Positions 10,103 to 20,000 of a DNA stretch of 64,000 nucleotides are shown in pieces. The position numbers were made by a program, and so were the translations under genes. Every line of letters starts with the position of its first letter. Within the stretch, counting starts at the first letter, position 1. The stretch comes from Clostridiales bacterium (GTDB taxonomy: Bacteria; Bacillota; Clostridia; Oscillospirales; Acutalibacteraceae): assembly GCA_019418545.1 (NCBI GenBank), contig DYBQ01000003.1:1-64000 (forward strand). The letters run 5' to 3'. The notes under the pieces are model-generated. The model did no database searches. It had not been told where the DNA came from and saw only the letters and a program-made list of their open reading frames with translations.

Positions 10103-10716
10103 ATCATCCCTCTTTTCTGGAATTTTATTTGCGGAGGTGTTCCCATGAAAATACAAATTTTAGCCCCAACCTGTTTTCTGGCCATTCTTTCGCCAGAAGA
10201 AACTGCCGCCCTGGGGCTTACTTTTGGGGACGCTCCCCCAAACCGATGGGCAAGTCTCCATTGCCGTCTGGCCGCAGTCCGCATTTTTTCACAAATCATC
10301 CGCCAATATTCATTTCCCCCTGTGACGGGGCGTGTTTTTCTGCAAGCTTCCCGCTTGCCTTCGGGAGAAGCGGTTTTGCTCTTTCGGCTTTCTTCTCAAA
10401 AACAAAGCCGATACAGGCTTCCCAAGCAGCATATAGAAGTCGTTTTTCAATTCAGCCAAGCAGAAGATTTATTCCGTGCCTCTCATGCTATGCTCCACAT
10501 CTTCCCCGACATACCTTCTTGTCTCTATCGCTGGCCCTCTAAGAGGACATCATGGAGACTTATCCTGTCTGTCAAGTTAAAACAATACCCATCCATCTGC
10601 TGTATCATGGGAGAATATTCCAATCGCTGCGGCAGCGGCCGCTTATCTTCGGCTTATACAAAAGAGCACGGTATTTTTATCTGCAAAAACGCCATCCAAA
10701 ACCTATGTGGATTTCA

Positions 10717-11343
10717 TCAAAAAGATTGAAGTTTCTTCAAAGCCTGAGCCGGATTAGCAGCCCGGAACACCCCGGTTCCCGCAACACAAATATCTACGCC
10801 TGCCTGCGCACAAGCCACTATCGTTTCAGGATTGATTCCTCCATCAACTTCCACCAAGATATGAGGCGCACGTTCTTTAATGCGGCGGACTTTTTCCAGC
10901 ATGGGCTCCATAAATGTTTGACCGCCAAATCCAGGCTCCACGGTCATTACCAATACCATTTCAACTTTATCCAGCCAAGGCCATAACATTTCTACCGGTG
11001 TTGCCGGTTTTAGTACCAATCCAGCTTTTGCACCACCCTGATGGATGGCATCTATCGTCTGTCCTATGGGGTCATCACATTCTATATGAAAAGTAATATC
11101 ATCTGCGCCTGCTTTAATAAAAGAAGGGATATAGAAAAGGGGATGTTCCATCATCAAATGAACATCAAATGGAACGTTGGACAAAGGCCGAAGAGCCGCA
11201 ACTAATTCATGTCCATAACTAATATTGGGCACAAAATGGCCATCCATAATATCCAAGTGGATATAATCGGCTTCGGATACCTTTTGGATTTCCTCGCCCA
11301 GCTTTGTAAAATCCGCCGCCAACACAGAAGGGGCAATCTTCAT
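10717..11343 (-). CDS. rpe: Ribulose-phosphate 3-epimerase
   Basis: MKIAPSVLAADF...HLDIMDGHFVPN...VDGGIN, the classic Rpe signature. Confidence 0.9.
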   Translation of the reverse strand: MKIAPSVLAADFTKLGEEIQKVSEADYIHLDIMDGHFVPNISYGHELVAALRPLSNVPFDVHLMMEHPLFYIPSFIKAGADDITFHIECDDPIGQTIDAIHQGGAKAGLVLKPATPVEMLWPWLDKVEMVLVMTVEPGFGGQTFMEPMLEKVRRIKERAPHILVEVDGGINPETIVACAQAGVDICVAGTGVFRAANPAQALKKLQSF

Positions 11344-11449
11344 AATGAATTTACCTCGTTTTCCTTTAAAATCGGCATTATCTGCCATATGCAACATCTT
11401 TCCTTTTTATTCTATCGTATTTTCCTCTTCTTTTCAAGATTTCTGTTAA

Positions 11450-11492
11450 TCGAAAGGGCCTTCCGGCAAAACCGGAAGGCCCTTTTTATAGA
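11450..11492. terminator. Strong GC hairpin; U-tract mainly on the + side
   Basis: AAGGGCCTTCCGG/CCGGAAGGCCCTT followed by TTTTTATA. Confidence 0.5.
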
Positions 11493-11577
11493 AAGCGGAA
11501 CAGCGGTTAGGGGGTGCCGCTGCTTTATCCGCTTTTTATTCTATGACAATACGAAAAAAAATGTGATGGTTACAGGC

Positions 11578-11937
11578 TTACCAATCCCCATCGTCAGAAT
11601 TAGAAGAAGAGGATTTCTCCTCCAAAGACTCTGTTGGTTCTTGTTTCTCTGCATTTTCCTGTGAGGTTTTATTTTTTTCAAAGGCTGCTTTATCCTTGCT
11701 ATATGTTTTCCAAAACACCAAGCATAATAAAACCAATGCTATCGCCGTAATAACCCGTAAAGTCCAACCCCACACGCCTTCAAACAAATTTACCTCTGTC
11801 AGCGCGTTCGCAAGCCACCAACCGCCTAAAACAAGGAAAAAAGCTCCAGCAAGATAGAAAACTTTGTTTTCTTTCCCCATCCGAAAAATCAAAATGAGGC
11901 CCACCACAAGCCACATACCTGCATATACATATTCCAC
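11578..11937 (-). CDS. Small membrane protein, hypothetical
   Basis: Two to three hydrophobic helices and an acidic C-terminal tail. Confidence 0.5.
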   Translation of the reverse strand: MEYVYAGMWLVVGLILIFRMGKENKVFYLAGAFFLVLGGWWLANALTEVNLFEGVWGWTLRVITAIALVLLCLVFWKTYSKDKAAFEKNKTSQENAEKQEPTESLEEKSSSSNSDDGDW

Positions 11938-11999
11938 TTTACTTCCCGCCTTTCAACCGAAAAGGATTTTAAATTCCGGTGAAACATCCAATTTTTGGA

Positions 12000-12317
12000 T
12001 TATGCGCAGAATCTGGAAGTTTTTTTCTCTTCCTGCAAATGTACCTGACGGACACGTTCCCTGTGGACAACCTTTCGAATCTTCCGCTGCTTCTTTTCCT
12101 GCCGCAGCTGAAGGAAGCAGGAGCTCAACACAAAAAATTGCATTAGATGCTGTACCACCTGCAGACTGACAATCCCATCATCCATCATGATTGAAAGCAA
12201 AGCCATAAAAATGCCAATTCCACAGATTTTCAAGCTGTCTTTTCTTTTGGGCCTATACCAAAAAAACATTCCAATAATTGCGCATAATAAAAGGATTCCG
12301 CTTATCAGATTTCCCAT
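12000..12317 (-). CDS. Small membrane protein, hypothetical
   Basis: N-terminal TM helices and a basic C-terminal region. Confidence 0.45.
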   Translation of the reverse strand: MGNLISGILLLCAIIGMFFWYRPKRKDSLKICGIGIFMALLSIMMDDGIVSLQVVQHLMQFFVLSSCFLQLRQEKKQRKIRKVVHRERVRQVHLQEEKKTSRFCA

Positions 12318-12515
12318 AACACCCTCTCCATTCGCTCATATGTTCGATTTTCTTTATTTTAGCATGGATATTTTTAAAAATCAAGAGAATCCAAAGAAAA
12401 AATCGAACATTTTTTCGAATCTGGCAGCAATATATGATTTCCAATAAGCTTCACCGGCAACAGCATTATTGTACCCGATGATTTTGGGCTTTTCAAGGCT
12501 TGTTATACAAATTGC

Positions 12516-12568
12516 CATCATATAAAAACAACCGGACAGAACTCTAAAGTTCTTGCCCGGTTGTTTCT
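12516..12568 (-). terminator. Rho-independent terminator of surface-protein gene A
   Basis: AAACAACCGG...CCGGTTGTTT stem followed on the minus strand by TTTTTATAT. Confidence 0.7.
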
Positions 12569-12601
12569 AAATTTTATCAGGATTTTGTCATATTAACAGA
12601 T

Positions 12602-15600
12602 TCAGGCTCTATTTTTTCTTCTAACAATACACACCGCAAAGCCGCAGCCTGCCACAGCAAGAACAGCAACCAACCAAATCACATTGGTGGAATCACCAGT
12701 AACAGGAGATTGAGGTTTGCTGGTTTCGTTCTCCTGACTGCCGTTATTCTTGTCATCATCAGGCTTGGAAGTATCACCATTATCGGAAGCATCTCCGTCA
12801 TCGTTAGTGCTCAAGTTCTGGATAGCAGCTTTCAGTTCTTCCACAGCCTCATCCACTACTCCCTGGTCATCTTCGCTCAGAGTTTCGTCTGCCAGAACTG
12901 CCTTGGCATTCTGGAAGGCTGCCGCAAACACTGCAACACTTTCGGCTGTGTATCCGCTCAAATCCATTCCTTCGGCCTTATTTACCAAATCCTCCAGAAT
13001 CGACTTGTCTGCCTTAAAACGCTGAGCAAGAATCGCGTTCAGCAATGCTTCTGCTGCCGGCTCTATGTCTTCTTCCATGGCATCGCCGTCATTATAAATG
13101 TCCTTAGCTGCTGCCAGTGCGTCGATAAGCTGCTGCCAGTTATCCTGCACATACTTGTCAGATTCAGCCATCATTTCATCTGCCTTGGCAATCAGCTGCT
13201 CCAGCATGGTCTTGTCGCCCTGGGTCAGTCCCAGGCCCCAGATACCTTTCAGCAGGTTGTCCCATGCCGCATTGACTTCTTCCTGGGTTGCCTTTTCATT
13301 GTCCAGAACTGCCTTTGCCTCTGCCAGGGCATCCTCAAAGAACTTCTTTGCGCTGTCCGTCACACCTTCGGTGCTCAAAGCCAACGCATACTCATAGGTC
13401 TTTTGCAGCAGGGTTTTGTTAGCAGAAATCGGCGCAGACAGTTGAATGAATTCAAACTTATCTAAGTTCCATCCACCAGTAAGTACATTCAACCTAATGG
13501 TATACGTACCCGGTTCTGTAAAAGTCACTGTATCAGTAACTCTCTGATAATTCTGCCATCCTCCTGTTGTTGGTAAGTTTGTCACAGCAAGAGATTCTCC
13601 ATTAGCTAGAAATTCGACCTGTCCCATTGCGTTATTAACACTGACTTTATAATTGAGCTTATATTCTCCGGCGTTTTCAATATGAACTTGGTACTCCATC
13701 CAATCTCCATCATCAATATACGCCGCATAAGAACCATCGTTTTCCAGCTGAATACCACTTTGCTGTGTAAAGTCTTCTCCTTCAACGGTAATTACTTTCG
13801 ATTCATCAATCATGGTAAAGCTATAAGTATCACTATAAACCATCGGCTCTGCCATAACACAGGAAGCTACACGCCAGTAATAAGTTTTGCCAAAATCCAA
13901 ATCAGGCAGGGCTATTTCGGAATCTGAAGTCATTTGTGTAAACACAATATCTGTAAACGCAGAATCCGTTGCAACTTCTACCTGATAGGTAGTTGCATTG
14001 CTGCAAGGAGTCCAGGTCAGATAGTCAGGCTGTGAAATATTCTCCGCTTGATTATCAGGTCTTTGCAAAGTAACTCTTTCCACAGAATCGAATAGGGATT
14101 TCCCAGTCATAGCCTCTACTGTATTGATAATGTGAGTTTTCAACTCGTCGTAACCTTCCGGCTTTTCCGGCCAGCTGAACTTATTGTCAACCCAGGTATT
14201 GCTTCCATAGCCTTTATCAATGGTTCCTTGCTCCATAGACCATACCAAGTTGTTTTCTACTGTAATATTGTCAACTCCATCGTCCATATAGAGTGGGAAG
14301 GTCCAGTGCATTCCTTTTTCCGTTTTGATAATAATATTATTGGAGTAGCGGTTGTCATTTCCACAACCCCAAGCGTATAGTCCGCCGCCATCTTCAACGC
14401 CTGTCATATATTCGTCCACAATATTATATTCGATTACATTATTACGGCTATGTGTAAATTCTTTGACTTCTTCTCGTGTATAATCTTTGTGAAGTTCCAA
14501 ATCATCCCAACGGAATCCATATTGACGGTCCATATTTCCAAAGAAATCCCATGCAGCAGAAAATTTATCAGAATTAAAACCTACTGCAACTTCTCCAAGA
14601 ATCGTTACTCCGGCATAAGGAGACTTAGAAATATAGTTATAACTGATGGTATTTGAGCCACTCTGATATAGTGTAATACCAGCTGTATGCGGATAAGGAG
14701 CGAGTCCTAAATCATGGATGTTATTGTACATTACAGTATTATTTTTGTTAACATCCAATGTTCCAGGTCCATAACCAAAGAAATTCACGCCTCCGCTTCC
14801 CAAGTCACCAAGCTCATTTCCAAGAATCTCAATGTTTTGTGCATGATGGCTCAGTGTAATGCCATAGGAGCCAGAATGCTGAATTGTGCAATTGATAATC
14901 TGGCAATTTTCCGCATTTTGAAAATAAACCGAAGCATCAGGATTTTCAGTGTTTCTTATTACATCGTATTGGTCAAACTGACTTTCCGGCAAACGGTCAT
15001 TATATTCAATTACCAAATTACTCAGAGTAATGTGATGGACGAGATTTTCCCAATTTTTATCTTCATCATCGCCCTGGAATCGAACCAATTCATAAGGAAC
15101 AGGTGCGACAACCCTTTTGCTCGTAAAGTTGCTGTCTTTAGGCCAGTAATAGACCTTTCCTTCACGGCTATTTACACACCACTCACCCGGCTGGTCCAGA
15201 TATTTAATGTCATTCAGAATATTATACCAGCCGCCTTCTTTTGTATTAAAACTATTCATGTTATCGCCCAAATTACTGGGATTATAGGAATACAGATAGG
15301 CGGTGTTATCCTCTTCATTGATTTCAGTCAGCAAGGGCAAAGCATTCCAAAACATGACGGTCATACAGTTAACCTCAATGTCGGGATTATCTGTTAAACC
15401 ATCTAATTCTCCTTCGTTAAAACGGACTTTAATGCCTTTTTCAGGATTTAATTCCAAAAACTTACTGTCCTCTTCGCCAATTGCACCTGAAAACTGGGGC
15501 CAGGTACGAAATTGTTTGGTTTCCATTTGTTGAGAAATCTGCTGACATTCTCCGTCCACATACAAGTCGTGGAATCTCCAGCCGGTCTCAATATCAGCTA

Positions 15601-16948
15601 CATACAGGTTTCCTTTTGCTTCCTCTGCCATATAAGGAACTTCTTCTTCCAAGGGAACCCATCCAGTAATGTCCTTTCCTCCGGTAATGACTGCCTGTTC
15701 ACCGGGATACGAGGTATATACAATGGGTTTTCCGGCTTCACCGCTGTCTTCTGGTGTAAAAATGATGGTTTCTTCCTGATAATATTCTCCGCCTCGCAGA
15801 TATACGGTAACACCGCCATCCGGCAGAGTTTCCAACTGACGGATGGTATCACGAGCTTTCTGCAATGTTGCAAAGGGAGCTTCCTCTGTACCCGGATTCT
15901 CATCGGAACCGGTTGTGGAAACATAATAGAAAGTGCTGCATTCTGCTGTCTCATACACTGTAACCTTGCAGGAAGCCATTTTTGTAGGGTCTGCTGTTGA
16001 TGTTGCGGTAATTACGGTTGTTCCTTCTCCTTGTGCAGTAACCATTCCGCTTTCCTTGTCAACAATGGCCACTTCTTCGTTGCCGCTACTCCATATTACA
16101 CTCTTATCCGAAACTGTGGAGGGCGTTACTGTAGCATTCAGAAGTACCTTTTCTCCTTTTTCCAGGCTGACTTCCGTCTTGTCCAGTTCTACTTTTTCTA
16201 CAGGGATAGTAGTTTCAACTCCCACCACTTTCACATTGTCGAAAATTGCCTGAGCGCCGCAAGCAGAAAGTTTGATTCCTCCACAAGTTGTCGGGGCTCC
16301 ATAGTTTCCGCTGTCCTTTCCAGTAAAAATCGCTTCTCCATACTCTTCATCTTTCGGGGCACAGTATGCGCTGACCGTATCCCCCGAAAAGACTAGCTTT
16401 ATTTTATATAGCTTGCCGGGTTCCAGCTCATAGGAAGATTCTTCCACTTTATTTCCACCTGAGCTGTAATGATACTTGTTGAGTTCAAAAGTCTGAGAAG
16501 CCCGGCGATACATAATTTCCCAACGCTGCTCGGGACTGGTATGCGAACGTCCTGCCAAGCCCACATTGTCATATTGTTTCATGCCAGCATCGCCATGGTC
16601 AATCCATTCTTCAATGGCAAAATCGGCTTCCACAGAATAGTCTTGCCATTCGGACTTTCCGGGAAACAAATCTATCGATGTTCCCCACTCTCCATCAACC
16701 GGGCGGAGCCTCATAACATAGTTCCCGGTGCCGTCGTCCACTACATTAACTTCCGCTGATTCGGGAACCTGCCATTCTTCCCGAAGGCTTCCGCTGTCAA
16801 AATTATCCTCAAACAGCACCTCAGGTGTAATGCCGCCTTCAGAGTCGGATTCCTGCGCTGTAACAGATACAGCAGCCATCTGTAATGCAACAACAGCTGC
16901 AAGCGTACCACAAAGTACTTTTTTAAAATACTTTTTTAAGCCATACAC
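12602..16948 (-). CDS. Cell-wall-anchored multidomain beta-helix protein, paralog A (1448 aa)
   Basis: GTG start, RBS AAGGAG. Signal peptide; LamG/DUF1080-like N-domain; Big_2; beta-helix cap YYVSTTGSDENPGTEEAPFATLQKA and PbH1-type repeats; FN3-like; CBM6/35-like (GGWQNY, NLDKFEF); FIVAR-like cassette; D/N/G linker; PVTGD + TM + RRKNRA sorting signal. Confidence 0.9.
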   Translation of the reverse strand: MYGLKKYFKKVLCGTLAAVVALQMAAVSVTAQESDSEGGITPEVLFEDNFDSGSLREEWQVPESAEVNVVDDGTGNYVMRLRPVDGEWGTSIDLFPGKSEWQDYSVEADFAIEEWIDHGDAGMKQYDNVGLAGRSHTSPEQRWEIMYRRASQTFELNKYHYSSGGNKVEESSYELEPGKLYKIKLVFSGDTVSAYCAPKDEEYGEAIFTGKDSGNYGAPTTCGGIKLSACGAQAIFDNVKVVGVETTIPVEKVELDKTEVSLEKGEKVLLNATVTPSTVSDKSVIWSSGNEEVAIVDKESGMVTAQGEGTTVITATSTADPTKMASCKVTVYETAECSTFYYVSTTGSDENPGTEEAPFATLQKARDTIRQLETLPDGGVTVYLRGGEYYQEETIIFTPEDSGEAGKPIVYTSYPGEQAVITGGKDITGWVPLEEEVPYMAEEAKGNLYVADIETGWRFHDLYVDGECQQISQQMETKQFRTWPQFSGAIGEEDSKFLELNPEKGIKVRFNEGELDGLTDNPDIEVNCMTVMFWNALPLLTEINEEDNTAYLYSYNPSNLGDNMNSFNTKEGGWYNILNDIKYLDQPGEWCVNSREGKVYYWPKDSNFTSKRVVAPVPYELVRFQGDDEDKNWENLVHHITLSNLVIEYNDRLPESQFDQYDVIRNTENPDASVYFQNAENCQIINCTIQHSGSYGITLSHHAQNIEILGNELGDLGSGGVNFFGYGPGTLDVNKNNTVMYNNIHDLGLAPYPHTAGITLYQSGSNTISYNYISKSPYAGVTILGEVAVGFNSDKFSAAWDFFGNMDRQYGFRWDDLELHKDYTREEVKEFTHSRNNVIEYNIVDEYMTGVEDGGGLYAWGCGNDNRYSNNIIIKTEKGMHWTFPLYMDDGVDNITVENNLVWSMEQGTIDKGYGSNTWVDNKFSWPEKPEGYDELKTHIINTVEAMTGKSLFDSVERVTLQRPDNQAENISQPDYLTWTPCSNATTYQVEVATDSAFTDIVFTQMTSDSEIALPDLDFGKTYYWRVASCVMAEPMVYSDTYSFTMIDESKVITVEGEDFTQQSGIQLENDGSYAAYIDDGDWMEYQVHIENAGEYKLNYKVSVNNAMGQVEFLANGESLAVTNLPTTGGWQNYQRVTDTVTFTEPGTYTIRLNVLTGGWNLDKFEFIQLSAPISANKTLLQKTYEYALALSTEGVTDSAKKFFEDALAEAKAVLDNEKATQEEVNAAWDNLLKGIWGLGLTQGDKTMLEQLIAKADEMMAESDKYVQDNWQQLIDALAAAKDIYNDGDAMEEDIEPAAEALLNAILAQRFKADKSILEDLVNKAEGMDLSGYTAESVAVFAAAFQNAKAVLADETLSEDDQGVVDEAVEELKAAIQNLSTNDDGDASDNGDTSKPDDDKNNGSQENETSKPQSPVTGDSTNVIWLVAVLAVAGCGFAVCIVRRKNRA

Positions 16949-16985
16949 CTATTACACAACTCCTTTTTTATAACCTATAGAGAAA

Positions 16986-17022
16986 GCAACCGCCCCATTT
17001 TTTGAAATCATGGGGCGGTTGC
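16986..17022 (-). terminator. Hairpin between paralogs B and A, weak U-tract (possible partial terminator)
   Basis: GCAACCGCCCCAT/ATGGGGCGGTTGC 13-bp stem, followed on the minus strand by TTTCTCT. Only 37 bp upstream of the gene A start. Confidence 0.5.
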
Positions 17023-17069
17023 CTCCTTCAAAAAATAATTTTCCCGAAAGTCTGGGTAATAAAAGGCTT

Positions 17070-20000
17070 TTATACCGTTTTTCTGCGCCGTACCAGTGTA
17101 GCTGCTCCCAATACCATAGCAGCAAATATCATGATAATCCACTGCATATTTTGGCTGTTATCTCCAGTAGCGGGGGTTTCAGACTGATTGCCTTCGGCGC
17201 TGTTGTCATCAGTCGGTTTCTGAACGGAACTGTTACCATCATTGTTATCATTCTTGCCATCATCAGGCTTGGAAGTATCACCATTATCGGAAGCATCTCC
17301 GTCATCGTTAGTGCTCAAGTTCTGGATAGCAGCTTTCAGTTCTTCCACAGCCTCATCCACTACTCCCTGGTCATCTTCGCTCAGAGTTTCGTCTGCCAGA
17401 ACTGCCTTGGCATTCTGGAAGGCTGCCGCAAACACTGCAACACTTTCGGCTGTGTATCCGCTCAAATCCATTCCTTCGGCCTTATTTACCAAATCCTCCA
17501 GAATCGACTTGTCTGCCTTAAAACGCTGAGCAAGAATCGCGTTCAGCAATGCTTCTGCTGCCGGCTCTATGTCTTCTTCCATGGCATCGCCGTCATTATA
17601 AATGTCCTTAGCTGCTGCCAGTGCGTCGATAAGCTGCTGCCAGTTATCCTGCACATACTTGTCAGATTCAGCCATCATTTCATCTGCCTTGGCAATCAGC
17701 TGCTCCAGCATGGTCTTGTCGCCCTGGGTCAGTCCCAGGCCCCAGATACCTTTCAGCAGGTTGTCCCATGCCGCATTGACTTCTTCCTGGGTTGCCTTTT
17801 CATTGTCCAGAACTGCCTTTGCCTCTGCCAGGGCATCCTCAAAGAACTTCTTTGCGCTGTCCGTCACACCTTCGGTGCTCAAAGCCAACGCATACTCATA
17901 GGTCTTTTGCAGCAGGGTCTTGTCAACCACATGAACCACCACAGTGGCTTCCAAATTTTGCGGATTACTCAAACCTATTTTTTCGAGCGGGTTCGTGAAT
18001 GTTGCCTTTAAAGTATAGGTTCCAGCTTTATTTGCCTGATAACCGTCATCGTTCCACTGCACAGGCAGAAGATAGGAAGTCCCATCCTCCAAAATAACGG
18101 GAACTCTGCTGGGAAGTTCCAAGGACTCAAATTTTGTTCCGACAGATACAGTTGTTTCTTGTGCTGGAATCTCTGAAACTGTACCTACAGATACTTCTGT
18201 ATCTCCTCCGAACAATTCCAACTCATAAATTCGTGCAATTTTTGTTCCTTGATAAGCTTGTACCGGCTCGGGAATATAAAGTCTAATATATCTTGCTTTA
18301 ATTGTCTGGTCCAATGTACACTCTGTAATAGTTTCCGTATTTCCGGTCACTTCATCAGCCGTTATCCAATCTTCATCATTAGAGCCAGAAGGTGCCTCCA
18401 AATTGGAATACTGCAAAGAGAAATCCATTGTATTTTTGTCCATACCTTCACCGGCAATGTTCGCATGATACACACGCCAGCCAACAATCTCTTTCTCTTC
18501 ACCCAAATCAACAACTGCCCATTGAGGAGTTCCTCTATCCGAACACCATTTGGTTTCAATATTACCATCTGTCAGGCATTCTTTCTGTTCAGTGGGCCAA
18601 TCTGTATGAGAAGATACTTCCACTACTTCTTTATTCAACGCAACATTATTATTGACAGTAATATACCATTTTCCCACTGCCTTACCGTCTACCATAGCTT
18701 TTACCATCGTGCTGCCTTTACTAATAGCAGTCACTGTACCATCCTGGTTTACCATGGCAACAGATGGATTGGAGGATATCCATGTGAGTTCCTCTGGCAA
18801 AGAATCATTATCCAAATCTTTAGTATTTCCCAACACCATGTTGACTTCCTGGATTTCTACAGTAGAATCCGTATCCTCCAGCCAGCCGCCTTCTGCCTCT
18901 GCTACTGCAACAATCTTATCGTACAATTCCTGATATCCATCAGGCGGAGTGCTCATGTTAGAAGAAGAAAGATTATCGGTAAAGGTATTGTCACCCTTGT
19001 TTACCGTACTAGTCTGAGGTGCCCAAATACGGTTCCCTTTCAAAATGGTACCATCCACTTCATCGTCCATATAGAGCGGATAGACCCAACCGTGTCCGGA
19101 TTCAGACTTATAGATAATATTTTCTTCAAACAGGTTTCCAACATCACATCCCCAAGTATACAAGCAACCGCCATCATCGGTTTTCATCATGTATTCTTCG
19201 GTAATATTGTGACGAATTACATTATATCCATCGTGCTTGAATTGTTTTACTTCTTCACGAGTAAAATCGCCGCCATCTGGATGCAGCTGCAATCTAATGG
19301 GGTCTAACTCTTCATAACGGGCGCCATACTGGCCAAAGAAATTACCATAAGAATCCACACCAAAATGACGAGTTCTCTCGGCATCTCCCGGGATAAATCC
19401 GCTCATAACCTGCCAGTTGGTTCCTGCAACAGAAATTGAGGAATAGGGGACATTTTCAATCTTATTGTATTCGATTTCATTGTGGTTACTGCCAAATATA
19501 CTAACAGCACCTGCATGCATATAGGGAGCAAGACCCAAATCAGAAATGTAATTCCGTCTAATTACATTGTGATGGTTAACGTCCAGGGTACCTGCACCAT
19601 ATCCCATCAGTTCAATTCCACCTGCTCCGGTTCCAACAATGCTGTTCCCTACAATTTCGTTATTCTGAGCATAATGGCACAGGGCAATACCATAAGTACC
19701 AGTATTCTTAATTTTGCAGCCTTCAATCACACAGTTTGCAACGCCATCCATATAAATAGCTGCATCGGGATTTTCACTATACCGCTTTACCCAGTCAGAG
19801 GGGAATTCATCTTCCGGAAGACGGTCTGTGTAGGAAAACTCCAAATCTTTGAGGGTAATATACTCAACCTGATTTTCAAAGTTTTCTTCTTCTTTATCTC
19901 CCTGGAATTCCACAATCCGATAGGCCTTAGGAACGATTACCTTTTGTGTTTCCAAGTCCTCGTCTTTGGGCCACAAATAAACTTTGCCATTCTCAGAATC

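Noticed and set aside
10099-10299. 66-aa minus-strand ORF upstream of rnfC
   Set aside because: It overlaps the rnfC RBS and start, is TTG-initiated, and has no RBS. It reads through the real ATG of rnfC in another frame.
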